DNA of 64,000 nt. Source: Bacteroidales bacterium. GTDB taxonomy: Bacteria > Bacteroidota > Bacteroidia > Bacteroidales > UBA12077. Shown piece after piece: positions 30,549 to 41,182 of this stretch (its first letter is position 1; each line of letters opens with the position of its first letter). The notes under the pieces were generated by a model. The model was not told the origin of the DNA, ran no database searches, and saw only the letters and a program-made list of their open reading frames with translations. The position numbers and the translations under genes were made by a program. The stretch lies in the NCBI GenBank assembly GCA_013138975.1, contig WTBR01000003.1, positions 2,446 through 66,445 of the forward strand. Reading direction: 5' to 3'.

Positions 30549-31819
30549 GTACTTTTTCGAATTATATAATTCCCAATTTGGCAATTTAAGCATTTTTTCG
30601 AATCACAGTAATTATTCTTCAATTGAATTAATGCCTGAGTGCTAAATGCATTCCCTGCTTTCACTCCTAAATCATTCCATTTTGCAATGATTGCATTTTT
30701 TTCAGGTTTAATGTTTTCTAATAAGCTTATTGATCGTTCCTGCAAATCTTGCAAACCTTTTACTTTTCCGTAAATAAATAAAAATGGAATGATTGTATTA
30801 ATCAATAAGATATCGACAGCTGACTTACCTATTGGTTTTGATTTTTTAATTGAGTCTCTATTTAATATATAATGATTCTCCCAATAATCCGATGGATTAA
30901 CAATTAATAAATCGTAACAATCATTAATCGTTTTTATTTCAAGCAATTTAGAGAACAATGATGATGATCTATGAATTAATGTGGCAAATTGAGCAATTCG
31001 AACTGAAGGGAAATTACCCGGCCTTGATCTAAGAAACTTCCATAAATATTTTTCGATTGGTATAAGCTTAAATTTCTTTTGTAAATATAAATATTCCTTT
31101 TTGAGACTCTCGTAATAATTATCGCCTGATTCTTCATCAAGAAATCCTGCTTGTCCGAATAATAATGCTTCAATTTGAAAAAGATTATCCTTATGTTTTG
31201 CCAAATAAGTTAAAGGCAATGATTTTGCCAGTAATTCGAATGGATCTGAATTTAGTTTAAAACCAAAATTCCTTGCCAATTGAATATAAAATGCATTTTC
31301 CCAACTATTATTTGTCTGTTGAAGTATTCGATTTATTCTTTCGGCTTTTCCTTCTAGTCTTTCAAAACTTAGTGTTTCCAAACAATTCTGAAGTATAAAA
31401 GGATCGATATTTTTAATCTCATTTTGACATGGAATCCATGTTTCTCTTTTTATTAATGCCTCGTAATTATCTAATAATTCCTGATCAAATTTTATTTCCA
31501 TGGTTGGAATTAGCTGACCATTCGTTCTGGTTATTTCCTTATCGTGATTATGAACAATCTGAAGAATAACATTATCATATGCTTTATCTTTATGATGATT
31601 ATGTACATACCAATCCGATGAATTAATATGAATCTCCACATTCCCTGCCCAAACAGTTTCGTTTATTTTGATTTTAGCATTGAAAAAATCTGGCCCTGAA
31701 TCTGAGTTATGTGTGCCTTGATTCAGAATCTCAATCTTATCTTTTTTCTGATCCTTTATGCTATCCTTATTATAAAGTTTGTACTTCCAAACGTAATGTA
31801 AAAATTCCTCTTTCATCAT
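30545..31819 (-). CDS. DUF2851-family protein
   Basis: The N-terminus EEFLHYVWKYKLYN...HNSDSGPDFFNAKIKI..T.WAGNVEIH..SSDWY.H.H matches my recollection of DUF2851. Confidence 0.7.
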   Translation of the reverse strand: MMKEEFLHYVWKYKLYNKDSIKDQKKDKIEILNQGTHNSDSGPDFFNAKIKINETVWAGNVEIHINSSDWYVHNHHKDKAYDNVILQIVHNHDKEITRTNGQLIPTMEIKFDQELLDNYEALIKRETWIPCQNEIKNIDPFILQNCLETLSFERLEGKAERINRILQQTNNSWENAFYIQLARNFGFKLNSDPFELLAKSLPLTYLAKHKDNLFQIEALLFGQAGFLDEESGDNYYESLKKEYLYLQKKFKLIPIEKYLWKFLRSRPGNFPSVRIAQFATLIHRSSSLFSKLLEIKTINDCYDLLIVNPSDYWENHYILNRDSIKKSKPIGKSAVDILLINTIIPFLFIYGKVKGLQDLQERSISLLENIKPEKNAIIAKWNDLGVKAGNAFSTQALIQLKNNYCDSKKCLNCQIGNYIIRKST

Positions 31820-32003
31820 TAATATTTATTCGATTGTACTATAAAATTAATAAATAAAAGAAAGGATGCAAGGAAAGATAACTTTAAGCAATAAGGGTAA
31901 CATACAATAAGAACCTCAACCGCAAAAGCGGATAGACGCAAAGTAAGAGAATCAATGCTCTAAAAAACTTAGAATGACTTCTTTTACAGTATTTATAAAG
32001 TAT

Positions 32004-32837
32004 TTAGATTATATCTTTTGCTCTAAGCAGGTCAGCCATTTCACTTTGCAGTTCTCTGGCAGCATTCCCTGCTTTCCTATCAAAATCAGTAGAGCTATCC
32101 GCATAAATTATTGACCGAGAAGAGTTTACCAGCAAACCACAAGTGTCGTTCATTCCATATTCAGCTACTTCTTTTAAACTACCTCCTTGAGTTCCAACAC
32201 CTGGAATTAAAAGAAAATGCTCAGGAATGATCCCACGTACTTTTTTAAGGAATTCTGCCTTTGTAGCACCAATTACATACATCAAATTATTCTTATTTCC
32301 CCATTCCGAAGATTTATGAAGAACGGTCTCAAATAAATTATTTTCAGAACCTTTTATATCCAATAATTGAAAATCTTTTGCACTTTCGTTTGATGTTAAT
32401 GCCAATAAAATTACCCACTTATTGTTAAACTCAAGAAACGGAGAAACAGAATCTTTTCCCATGTATGGGGCAACTGTAACTGCATCGCAATTAAATTGCT
32501 CAAAATATGCCCGCGCATACATTTTAGAAGTATTCCCGATATCACCTCGTTTAGCGTCAGCAATTACAAAAATATCTTCATGAATAAGATTTATGTAATT
32601 AATTGTTTTTTCAAGGCTTTTCCATCCGGAAACTCCATGGGCTTCGTAAAATGCAATATTGGGTTTGTATGCAACTGTATATTGAGCTGTTGCATCAATT
32701 ATTCGTTTATTGAATTCAAAGATAGGGTCTTCTTCTTTTAATAAGAAACTCGGAATTTTAGTAATATCCGTATCTAAACCCACACAAAGAAAACTTTTCT
32801 TTTTCTTAATTTGCTCAAATAATTGATTGTAATCCAT
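32004..32837 (-). CDS. pyrF: Orotidine-5'-phosphate decarboxylase (long type 2)
   Basis: [19 protein letters not shown], ...PGVGTQGG. Confidence 0.9.
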   Translation of the reverse strand: MDYNQLFEQIKKKKSFLCVGLDTDITKIPSFLLKEEDPIFEFNKRIIDATAQYTVAYKPNIAFYEAHGVSGWKSLEKTINYINLIHEDIFVIADAKRGDIGNTSKMYARAYFEQFNCDAVTVAPYMGKDSVSPFLEFNNKWVILLALTSNESAKDFQLLDIKGSENNLFETVLHKSSEWGNKNNLMYVIGATKAEFLKKVRGIIPEHFLLIPGVGTQGGSLKEVAEYGMNDTCGLLVNSSRSIIYADSSTDFDRKAGNAARELQSEMADLLRAKDII

Positions 32838-32966
32838 AAAACTTAAATTTCAAAAAACAATATTCAAATTATAAATTTATAAATACCAAACACTTAATTC
32901 AATATTTTGTTTTTGATGATTGTAATTTATTTGTTTTTTGGTATTTGCCGTTTGTTATTTTATTTT

Positions 32967-34043
32967 TTATTCTACTCCTGCTTCTTTTAATCTTTCGGCA
33001 TTTTCTGCCATTTGTAACTGATCGATTACATTTTGAATATCGCCACCAATAATTGCCGGCAAGTTATAAAGAGTTAGATTTATTCTATGATCAGTAACAC
33101 GCCCTTGTGGGTAATTATATGTTCTTATTTTTGCAGAACGGTCGCCAGTAGAAACCATTGTTTTACGTTTCGAAGAAATTTCGTCGATATATTTTTGGTA
33201 CTCTAAGTTATACAGTCGGGTTCGCAATTCTGCATATGCTTTATCATAATTTTTATGCTGTGATTTCTGATCCTGGCAAGTAACTACAATTCCTGATGGC
33301 TCGTGAACTAAACGAACAGCTGAATATGTTGTATTTACAGACTGTCCACCTGGACCTGATGCACAATATGTATCTTTTCTAATATCTTCCGGTTTTAAGT
33401 TGATATCAAATTCTTCGGCCTCAGGCAAAACAGCAACTGTTGCAGCTGAAGTATGCACACGACCTTGTGTTTCAGTTTGAGGAACTCGTTGTACACGATG
33501 CACACCTGACTCATATTTCAGGATACCATAAACTCCAGCACCACTTACTTTCATTACTACTTCCTTGAATCCACCAACAGTACCTTCACTTGTATTAGTA
33601 ACTTCTATTTTCCACTTTTTGCTTTCGCAATAGTGTGTATACATTCGAAATAAATCTCCTGCAAAAATACTTGCCTCGTCCCCACCTGTTCCAGCACGAA
33701 TTTCAAGAATGGCATTTTTATTGTCCTCAGGATCTTTAGGAAGCAATAGAACTTTTATTTCTTCCTCCATTGGTTCAATTTGTGCTTCAAGTTCATCAAG
33801 TTCCATTTTTGCCATCTCTTTCATCTCTTCATCCTTTTCGGTAGATAAAATTTCCTTGGCAGACTGAATGTTACTTAATATATTTTTATAGGTATTATAT
33901 GTCTCAACAAGCGGTTCAAGTTCTTTGTACTCTTTATTTAACTTAATATACTTCTTCATATCATTAATAACATCGGGATCTGTTATCAATTGACCAACCT
34001 CCTCAAATCTTATCTTTACCCCTTCAAGTTTTTCTAATATCAT
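32967..34043 (-). CDS. prfA: Peptide chain release factor 1
   Basis: GGQ motif [11 protein letters not shown] and the RF1-type region [17 protein letters not shown]. No frameshift site. Confidence 0.95.
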   Translation of the reverse strand: MILEKLEGVKIRFEEVGQLITDPDVINDMKKYIKLNKEYKELEPLVETYNTYKNILSNIQSAKEILSTEKDEEMKEMAKMELDELEAQIEPMEEEIKVLLLPKDPEDNKNAILEIRAGTGGDEASIFAGDLFRMYTHYCESKKWKIEVTNTSEGTVGGFKEVVMKVSGAGVYGILKYESGVHRVQRVPQTETQGRVHTSAATVAVLPEAEEFDINLKPEDIRKDTYCASGPGGQSVNTTYSAVRLVHEPSGIVVTCQDQKSQHKNYDKAYAELRTRLYNLEYQKYIDEISSKRKTMVSTGDRSAKIRTYNYPQGRVTDHRINLTLYNLPAIIGGDIQNVIDQLQMAENAERLKEAGVE

Positions 34044-34091
34044 TTCATTTCCTCCTAATTAAAATCGATGCAAAATTAACAATTTAATTTT

Positions 34092-35261
34092 TTAATACTG
34101 AAATTCGCCAAACTCACTCTTTATAGTTAGTTTGTTTTCATTTGCTTTTTCACATCGACCAACAATTTTAGCATCAACATTAAAGCTTTTAGAGATATTT
34201 ATTATTTCCTCAGCATATTCCGGTGCAATATAAATCTCCATTCTGTGCCCCATATTAAATACCTTATACATTTCTTCCCAAGATGTTCCAGACTCTTTTT
34301 GTATTATTTTAAATAATTCCGGTAAATCAAATAGATTATCTTTTATTACGTGTAAATTCTCTACAAAGTGCATCACTTTTGTTTGCGCACCACCTGAACA
34401 ATGAACGAGTCCATGAATTTTTGATCTTAATTTATTAAAAATCTCAATCATTATTGGAGCATAGGTACGAGTTGGTGAAAGCACAAGTTTTCCAGCATCA
34501 ATATCGAGTCCTTCGATTTTATCTGTTAACTTATAAGTACCTGAATAAACAACTTCTGAAGGTACCGATGGATCAAAACTTTCAGGATAATTCTCTGCTA
34601 TGTATTTATCAAATACATCGTGACGTGCAGATGTTAATCCATTACTTCCCATGCCTCCATTATATTCTGTTTCATAACTAGCTTGTCCGGATGACGATAA
34701 GCCAACAATAACATCTCCATCCTGAATATTGCTATTATCAATAACATCGGATCGTTTCATTCTTGCCGTTACTGTTGAATCAACAATAATTGTACGAACC
34801 AAATCGCCAACGTCTGCTGTTTCTCCACCTGTTGAAAAAATTGAAACACCCATTTTACGATATTCGGCTAATAACTCCTCTGTGCCATTTATAAGGGCAG
34901 CAATTACTTCACCTGGAATTAAATTTTTATTTCTTCCAATTGTTGATGACAATAAAATATTATCAGTTGCTCCAACACAAAGTAAATCATCAAGATTCAT
35001 AACAATTGCATCTTGTGCAATTCCTTTCCAAACAGAAATATCTCCAGTTTCTTTCCAATATAAATATGCTAGAGAGGATTTTGTTCCTGCTCCATCAGCA
35101 TGCATAATATTACAATACTCATCGCTGCCTCCAATTATATCAGGAATAATTTTACAGAATGCCTGTGGGAATAGTCCTTTATCAATATTTTTAATTGCGT
35201 TATGAACATCTTCTTTAGATGCTGAAACTCCTCTTAATTTATATCGTGAATCTTGAGACAT
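34092..35261 (-). CDS. purM: AIR synthase-related protein (phosphoribosylformylglycinamidine cyclo-ligase, long Bacteroidota type)
   Basis: MSQDSRYKLRGVSASKEDVHNAIKNIDKG...ADGAGTK matches the Bacteroidota PurM-type N-terminus as I recall it. The start is placed at Met10 of the track ORF. Confidence 0.8.
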   Translation of the reverse strand: MSQDSRYKLRGVSASKEDVHNAIKNIDKGLFPQAFCKIIPDIIGGSDEYCNIMHADGAGTKSSLAYLYWKETGDISVWKGIAQDAIVMNLDDLLCVGATDNILLSSTIGRNKNLIPGEVIAALINGTEELLAEYRKMGVSIFSTGGETADVGDLVRTIIVDSTVTARMKRSDVIDNSNIQDGDVIVGLSSSGQASYETEYNGGMGSNGLTSARHDVFDKYIAENYPESFDPSVPSEVVYSGTYKLTDKIEGLDIDAGKLVLSPTRTYAPIMIEIFNKLRSKIHGLVHCSGGAQTKVMHFVENLHVIKDNLFDLPELFKIIQKESGTSWEEMYKVFNMGHRMEIYIAPEYAEEIINISKSFNVDAKIVGRCEKANENKLTIKSEFGEFQY

Positions 35262-35318
35262 ATTTTTTGAAAATGATTTAAGGTGCAAAATTACTAATTA
35301 CTTATAAGAATTAAAATA

Positions 35319-35349
35319 AAAAAAGGATTCCCGAAAAATCGGGAATCCT
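35319..35349 (-). terminator. Rho-independent terminator of the OmpA-family gene
   Basis: The stem ggattcccg/cgggaatcc is followed by a T-run on the minus strand. Confidence 0.8.
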
Positions 35350-35368
35350 AAATTATATATTATTTAAG

Positions 35369-37342
35369 CTAATTTTGAGGTTTAAACTCTGTAGAAATTA
35401 CTTGAAATTCTGTTCTACGATTTATCTGATGTGCAATTTCTTGTTGCTCTTCAGATTCTAAATTCTCAATATAATCAGCTGTTAATTTTGTTCCGCCTAC
35501 TAAGAAAGTATTTTGCCCAATAGTTTTATTATCAATTACTTTTGGCATTGTTGATGCATATCCTTTAGCTCTTAATCTCGCAGATTCAATTCCTTTTTCG
35601 ATTAAATAATTTACAACTGATTGAGCTCGCTTTTGAGATAACTCAACGTTTGTTAATGCACTACCACGGGAATCGGTATGAGAACGCAGTTCAATTACAA
35701 CAGTTGGATTATCATTTAATGTTTCAACAAGCTTATCAAGTGCTACCATTGACTCAGGACGAAGATTCCATTTTGCAAAATCGTAAAAAATATTTGGTAG
35801 CTCAATTGGCTCTGCAATTGATGACAATTTAATTTCAGCAGAAAATGTCTGGCTCTCGATAAGTCCTTTTGTTGTTTCCTTATCTTTCCCTGTTAAATAG
35901 CCTTTTTTAGATGCAACAAAAACATAATCGGTTCCTGGTCGCAGCATAAATTTAAAAGATCCTGCGTCATCGGTTTCGTTTGTCAAGGTCATCCCGTCGC
36001 TACCAACTAATTTAACTGTTGCACTTGCTAATGGAGCATCATTTTTATCATTTAGAATAAGACCCTCAACACTAAATTTAAGTGGTGGTAAAACAAATGA
36101 GTAAATATCATCATCGCCATCTCTTGATGAGCTAAAATATCCTCTCTCCAAATCTTTTTCGATTATCATTCCAAAATCATCTTTTGTAGAGTTTATTGGA
36201 TATCTCATATTTTCAACTTTCCAATTTCCATTTTCTTTGAATGCTCTAAAGATATCTAAACCACCCATTCCTAAATGATAATCTGAAGAAAAATATAATG
36301 TCCCATCATCATGTATAAAAGGAAACATTTCATTTCCGGGTGTATTTATCTCTGCTCCGAGCGATTCAGGAACTCCCCATTCTCCATCAGGACTTGTACG
36401 GGTAACTTTCCAAATATCTTTTGCTCCCATTCCACCTTTCATATCAGAAACAAAATATAAATTTAGTTCATCATCTGATAATGATGGATGAGCCACAACA
36501 ATACTGTCATCAAGCATTAAAATCTGTTCTGCTTTTCCCCACTCTTCATTTCTTTTCATTGATTGAAACATCATACATCCAATAGCATCTTTCTTATGAC
36601 GTTCACAACGCGTAAAAAACATGGTATTAAAGTCTTTGCTCATTGAAACTGCTCCTTCTTCGAATTCTGTATTGACGTTTTGGCCCAGTGGAACCGGAGT
36701 GCTCCAGTTTCCTTTATTATCTTTTTTTGATGTGAAAATATCGGAGAAATTCAAACCTGTTCCTCCATGTGTATCATCGCCTGTTGCACCGTCGCGTGAT
36801 GATGTAAAATAAACCTCGTCATATTCAGCTTTTGCAAATGCAGGGCTATATTCACTCTCCTTTGAATTAAAGAATTTCATATTAGCTACTTTATAGCCGT
36901 TTTCATTCTCCATCCATTTTATTGCTAATTCGCATGATTTAACTCCCATTTCTCCACGAGGATCTGCAGGTACTAATTTTTTATACTCTTTATAATTTAT
37001 GATTGCATCTTCAAATTTTTCATTCATTTTTAATGCATCAGCATAATATAAGTAAATTGTAGGATTTGAATATTTCTTTTGAATAGATTTTTTATACCAC
37101 ATTTCTGCCTTTCTAGGCTGATTTGTTTTTCGATAACATTCTGCAACCTGAAAGGTAATATCACTTTTTATATTACTATCGGTTACTTTACTATATGCAT
37201 TACGAAGTAAATCGATGGCCTGATAATACTGTCCATTTTTATAATAAGTATTTGCTTTATTATATACACTGGTCTGCGCAACCGAAATGCTATGAATTAA
37301 CAAAACAAAGATGCTAAAAAGAAAAACTATTCTGATTTTCAT
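35369..37342 (-). CDS. OmpA-family protein (TPR + TolB-like beta-propeller repeats + CarboxypepD_reg + OmpA_C)
   Basis: Signal peptide, N-terminal TPR, repeated S.DG..LYF-type propeller motifs, and a C-terminal OmpA domain: ...LRSHTDSRGS...N..LSQKRAQSVVNYL. Confidence 0.85.
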   Translation of the reverse strand: MKIRIVFLFSIFVLLIHSISVAQTSVYNKANTYYKNGQYYQAIDLLRNAYSKVTDSNIKSDITFQVAECYRKTNQPRKAEMWYKKSIQKKYSNPTIYLYYADALKMNEKFEDAIINYKEYKKLVPADPRGEMGVKSCELAIKWMENENGYKVANMKFFNSKESEYSPAFAKAEYDEVYFTSSRDGATGDDTHGGTGLNFSDIFTSKKDNKGNWSTPVPLGQNVNTEFEEGAVSMSKDFNTMFFTRCERHKKDAIGCMMFQSMKRNEEWGKAEQILMLDDSIVVAHPSLSDDELNLYFVSDMKGGMGAKDIWKVTRTSPDGEWGVPESLGAEINTPGNEMFPFIHDDGTLYFSSDYHLGMGGLDIFRAFKENGNWKVENMRYPINSTKDDFGMIIEKDLERGYFSSSRDGDDDIYSFVLPPLKFSVEGLILNDKNDAPLASATVKLVGSDGMTLTNETDDAGSFKFMLRPGTDYVFVASKKGYLTGKDKETTKGLIESQTFSAEIKLSSIAEPIELPNIFYDFAKWNLRPESMVALDKLVETLNDNPTVVIELRSHTDSRGSALTNVELSQKRAQSVVNYLIEKGIESARLRAKGYASTMPKVIDNKTIGQNTFLVGGTKLTADYIENLESEEQQEIAHQINRRTEFQVISTEFKPQN

Positions 37343-37439
37343 ATCTATTATAGATTATGTAGTTGTAAAATGTAAAAGTAAGATTTTTTAAATTAAATTA
37401 AAAGACGATAATATAATGAGTTATCACCATTTTATAAGC

Positions 37440-37598
37440 AGTCTTTGCAAGAAAACGCCAAATACTTCGTTACTCTCGTGTTGAAAACAGTCACTTACAA
37501 AAGTAAGTTCCTTGGATTCCAACACTTCGAAAGCCTTGTCTTTGACGTTTTCTTATCAAAGACTTGAAAAAAGGCAGTTTTCTTGCTGACACTAAGTA
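37440..37598 (+). repeat. Family-A repeat, copy 2 (most diverged)
   Basis: Alignable over its full length with the other copies. It carries paired substitutions in both inner stems (see findings). Confidence 0.85.
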
Positions 37599-37621
37599 CG
37601 AAATATAAACATATTTATTGC

Positions 37622-37657
37622 AAAAAGCATGATTACGATATGTAACCATGCTTTTTT
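37622..37657 (-). terminator. Rho-independent terminator of the C-N hydrolase gene
   Basis: The stem aaaaagcatg/catgcttttt (10 bp) has T-runs on both strands. Confidence 0.7.
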
Positions 37658-37701
37658 AATTTAGAAATAATCGTCTGTTAATCGAAACTACTAAATATCT
37701 T

Positions 37702-38436
37702 CTATATTATCTTAAACCAATTTCCATTTTCTCGTCTAGCTATTGCCAATCCCTCTCCTCTTCCTTCAATTTCTGATATAATTTCTCCATTACTTGAAAA
37801 AATCATGCTTTTACCAGCCGCTTCATAGCCTCCTGAATCTCCACCAAAATTCGACAATACAACTAACATTTTATAATTCGTTGCATAATCCTTCATCAAC
37901 TTTATATCATTTTTATACCCTTCTGTACTCCATAAAACTCCTGCTATGTAAACATTTGCTCCATTACTTGAGGCTTTTTTCGGATGAGAAGCATTGTTAA
38001 TATCAGCACAAATGGCCAAAGACACAGTTTCTCCTTTCAATTCTATTTGAGGATCGAGTTCTCCTGGATCAAAAAACTTATCTTCCCCTGTGTGCAAATA
38101 TCGTTTTGTATAAATTGCACTTGATTTATTGGGATAAATTATAAACGCTCCAATATGAAGTTTTCCATTTTTCTGAATTGGCGCTCCTACAACTAAAATC
38201 ATTTGCTTTTCATACGCAGTTTCCATCAAAGGATTTAATCTTTCATCTTTTTCGGTAAACGCTAAAGCTCTTGCCAGTTCAGGTTCATAACCTGTTAAAG
38301 ATAATTCAGGAAATACAATCAGGTCAACTCCTTTTTGATGTGCCTGATCAATTAATGAAATATGTTTTTTAATATTTTCATCAACATCTCCTTTCACTGG
38401 AATTGTTTGCGCAGCTGCAATAATTAAATTTTCCAT
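37702..38436 (-). CDS. Carbon-nitrogen hydrolase (nitrilase superfamily) protein
   Basis: The E-K-C triad context is visible (FPELSLTGY, ...KRYL, ...LAICAD). Confidence 0.85.
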   Translation of the reverse strand: MENLIIAAAQTIPVKGDVDENIKKHISLIDQAHQKGVDLIVFPELSLTGYEPELARALAFTEKDERLNPLMETAYEKQMILVVGAPIQKNGKLHIGAFIIYPNKSSAIYTKRYLHTGEDKFFDPGELDPQIELKGETVSLAICADINNASHPKKASSNGANVYIAGVLWSTEGYKNDIKLMKDYATNYKMLVVLSNFGGDSGGYEAAGKSMIFSSNGEIISEIEGRGEGLAIARRENGNWFKII

Positions 38437-38566
38437 TTAGAGTTAAATCATTAAATAGCTGTGGTACGACTCATTTAAACAGATGACAGCAAATTGCAAT
38501 TATTTATTGATTATAATAAAAGTCGTGCCACACCTTGCGGATTTAAGATAAGCTTTATTAAATTTT

Positions 38567-38725
38567 CTAATCTTCAATTTCCGCCCAGAACATTTTTCCC
38601 TCAATTGGCTGATGTGCTGCAACTTCTACACCTTGATTTTTTACATTATTTATTGAACGAGCTAGCATTGCTGCTCTTTTTTTTATTTTTAAAGTATTAT
38701 TTGTTGTTATAATTATATTTTCCAT
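38567..38725 (-). CDS. Possible unannotated 52-aa small protein
   Basis: An ATG-to-TAG ORF read by hand: MENIIITTNNTLKIKKRAAMLARSINNVKNQGVEVAAHQPIEGKMFWAEIED. It lies on the same strand as its neighbours, 31 nt after the GSIII stop, and falls below the track length cutoff. No homology recognised. Confidence 0.3.
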   Translation of the reverse strand: MENIIITTNNTLKIKKRAAMLARSINNVKNQGVEVAAHQPIEGKMFWAEIED

Positions 38726-38755
38726 AATTTTTTCTTTTTAATTGTTAATAATTTA

Positions 38756-40945
38756 CTAATGAGTAAAAAGCATCTCCCTATATTTAGGTAATGGCCAGAT
38801 TTCATCGTCGACGATAAGTTCAAGCTTATCGACATGATACCTGATTTTCTCAAAATACGGAACTACATTTTTTGAATAATCTGATGCCTTTTCTCTAATT
38901 TCCTCAATTTTATTTGCTTTCTTTCTAGCCTCTATCATCTCATCCACAGCTTCTTTAATAATTGCTATTCGCTCTGAAATTTCGCTAATTGTTTTCAACT
39001 GAGGCTCAGCCATTTTTTCATAAGTTCCCTTAGGATATAGATCCTTTATCCCTCGCACATTTTCAATAAGTACATTCTGATATTTAATCAAGGTTGGTAT
39101 AATATGATTCCCAATTAAATCACCTAATACTCTGGCCTCGATTTGTATCTTCTTGGTATAAATTTCTAAACGAATTTCATATCGTGCATCTAACTCCCTG
39201 CTGGTTAATATTTGAGATTTTTCAAAAACATCTTTTGTATGCTTACTCACAAAAGCTTTTAGGGCTTCAGGTACATCTGAAATATTAGATAAACCTCTTT
39301 TTTCAGCTTCTTTCACCCACTCTTCTCCATATCCATTTCCTTCGAATCGGATTTTCTTTGATGCAATAATGTACTTCTTTAATACCTGAAAAATCGCTTC
39401 ATCCTTTTTAATATCTTTTTCAATTAAAGCATCGACCTCATTTTTAAACTTAACTAACTGATCAGCAACAACGGTATTTAAGGTAATCATGGGTGATGCA
39501 ACATTTGCCGATGAGCCGACAGCACGAAACTCGAATCTATTTCCGGTAAATGCAAAAGGAGAAGTTCTATTACGATCAGTATTATCAAGTAAAATCTCAG
39601 GTATTTTACCAATATCAAGTTTTAACTCTGTTTTTTCATCTGGAGTCATTTTTTTACTTGTAACTCTTTCCTCTAACTGATCGAGCATTCCTGTAAGCTG
39701 AGATCCTATAAACACAGACATAATAGCAGGTGGAGCTTCATGCGCTCCTAGTCGATGTTCATTACCGGCAACAGCCACACTTGCTCTTAAAATATCAGCA
39801 TAATCATGAACAGCCATTACTGTATTAATTAAAAATGTAAGAAACCTCATATTACTACGAGGAGTTTTACCTGGTGAAAGCAAGTTTTTACCGGTATTTG
39901 TTGCCATCGACCAGTTATTATGTTTCCCAGATCCATTAACTCCTTTAAACGGTTTTTCATGGAAAAGAACTCTGAAATTATGTTTTCGCGCAACTTTATC
40001 CATTAAAGTCATTAAGATTTGATTATGATCGACAGCCAAATTCGCTTCTTCGAAAATTGGTGCACATTCAAACTGATTTGGAGCAACTTCATTATGTCGG
40101 GTTTTAACAGGAATTCCCAATTTATAAGCTTCAATTTCAAAATCAACCATATAATTTTTTACACGATCTGATATTGAACCAAAATAATGATCACTTAATT
40201 GCTGATCTTTTGCAGAGGCATGACCAATTAATGTTCTTCCTGTTAGACACAAATCAGGACGAGCATTGAAAAGCGCATTATCTATTAAAAAATATTCCTG
40301 TTCCCAACCTAAAGTTACATTTACCTTTTCAATATCCTTATTAAAATATTGACACACATCAACAGCCGCTTTGTCAATAAGGTTCAATGATTTAATTAAA
40401 GGCGTTTTATAATCTAATGCTTCTCCAGTATATGCAACAAAAATAGTTGGAATACAAAGTGTGTTTCCATACACAAATGCAGGAGAAGAAGGATCCCAAG
40501 CTGTGTAACCACGAGCCTCAAAAGTATTCCGAATACCTCCACTTGGGAAGCTTGATGCATCGGGTTCTTGTTGCACCAACATTTCTCCCTGGAAATTTTC
40601 AATTACTCCACCTCCATCAGCAGGTTCAAAAAATGCATCGTGTTTTTCAGCAGTTGCTCCGTTTAATGGATGAAACCAGTGAGTGTAATGAGTTGCTCTG
40701 CGCTCAACCGCCCATGCTTTCATTCCAATAGCTACTTGATTTGCAATTTTTCGATCAATACGTATTCCTTGATTAATTGACTCGATAACATTTTGGTAAG
40801 CTTCGTGCGAAAGATACTCCTGCATTTTATAATCGTTAAATACATTTTCGCCAAAATACTCGGAAGTTTTAACCGATGGTAAAGTTACATCCACAGGTTT
40901 CCTTTTTGACACTTCTTCAATTGCTTTAAATCTGATTGTAGCCAT
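38756..40945 (-). CDS. glnN: Glutamine synthetase type III
   Basis: 729 aa. The N-terminus (...FGENVFN...M..YL) and the catalytic core (HNEVAPNQFE, ...KPF.GVNGSGKHNNWS) are typical of GSIII. Confidence 0.93.
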   Translation of the reverse strand: MATIRFKAIEEVSKRKPVDVTLPSVKTSEYFGENVFNDYKMQEYLSHEAYQNVIESINQGIRIDRKIANQVAIGMKAWAVERRATHYTHWFHPLNGATAEKHDAFFEPADGGGVIENFQGEMLVQQEPDASSFPSGGIRNTFEARGYTAWDPSSPAFVYGNTLCIPTIFVAYTGEALDYKTPLIKSLNLIDKAAVDVCQYFNKDIEKVNVTLGWEQEYFLIDNALFNARPDLCLTGRTLIGHASAKDQQLSDHYFGSISDRVKNYMVDFEIEAYKLGIPVKTRHNEVAPNQFECAPIFEEANLAVDHNQILMTLMDKVARKHNFRVLFHEKPFKGVNGSGKHNNWSMATNTGKNLLSPGKTPRSNMRFLTFLINTVMAVHDYADILRASVAVAGNEHRLGAHEAPPAIMSVFIGSQLTGMLDQLEERVTSKKMTPDEKTELKLDIGKIPEILLDNTDRNRTSPFAFTGNRFEFRAVGSSANVASPMITLNTVVADQLVKFKNEVDALIEKDIKKDEAIFQVLKKYIIASKKIRFEGNGYGEEWVKEAEKRGLSNISDVPEALKAFVSKHTKDVFEKSQILTSRELDARYEIRLEIYTKKIQIEARVLGDLIGNHIIPTLIKYQNVLIENVRGIKDLYPKGTYEKMAEPQLKTISEISERIAIIKEAVDEMIEARKKANKIEEIREKASDYSKNVVPYFEKIRYHVDKLELIVDDEIWPLPKYREMLFTH

Positions 40946-41127
40946 AATAATTTTTAATAATGCATTAAAATTTATACTAATCGATGCAAATATACATTTT
41001 TTTGACGAGACCCCCTAATTTTTACATGCCCTCTTTATATTTTTATGTTTTTCAGAAACACACCCCCATTATTTTCGATGTGTGTTTTATATTTTCATAC
41101 TTTTTACAAGAGCCTACAAAAAAGCAT

Positions 41128-41157
41128 AAAAAAAAGCCCGACAATTATGTCGAGCTT
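41128..41157 (-). terminator. Rho-independent terminator of the M20 peptidase gene
   Basis: The stem agcccgaca/tgtcgagct (one mismatch) is followed by T8 on the minus strand. Confidence 0.65.
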
Positions 41158-41182
41158 TCAGATATTTTCAAATTATAGTTTC

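Noticed and set aside
31820-32003. A repeat-like intergenic sequence (aaaggatgcaaggaaag...caaccgcaaaagcggatagacgcaaag) resembling the short dispersed motifs common in Bacteroidota.
   Set aside because: Only one copy is present in the window, so I cannot show it is repeated. It has only a 4-bp ccgc-aaaa-gcgg hairpin.
34729-35205. A 158-aa ORF on the plus strand. Similar long antisense ORFs lie at 46321..46854, 61972..62367, 5386..5607, 5734..5934, 40447..40731 and 12413..12694, along with others in the track.
   Set aside because: Each lies entirely inside, and antisense to, a gene with clear family signatures (purM-like, POT, NrfD, gcvP, GSIII, thpR). Their translations are low-complexity, Ser/Ile/Leu-rich and match no recognisable family. 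They are typical shadow ORFs of an AT-rich genome.
38494-38712. A 72-aa plus-strand track ORF between the GSIII and C-N hydrolase genes.
   Set aside because: It starts with TTG, is leucine- and phenylalanine-rich and low in complexity, and lies antisense to the direction of both neighbours. The minus-strand 52-codon ORF fits the local gene orientation better, though that ORF is itself only a weak call.
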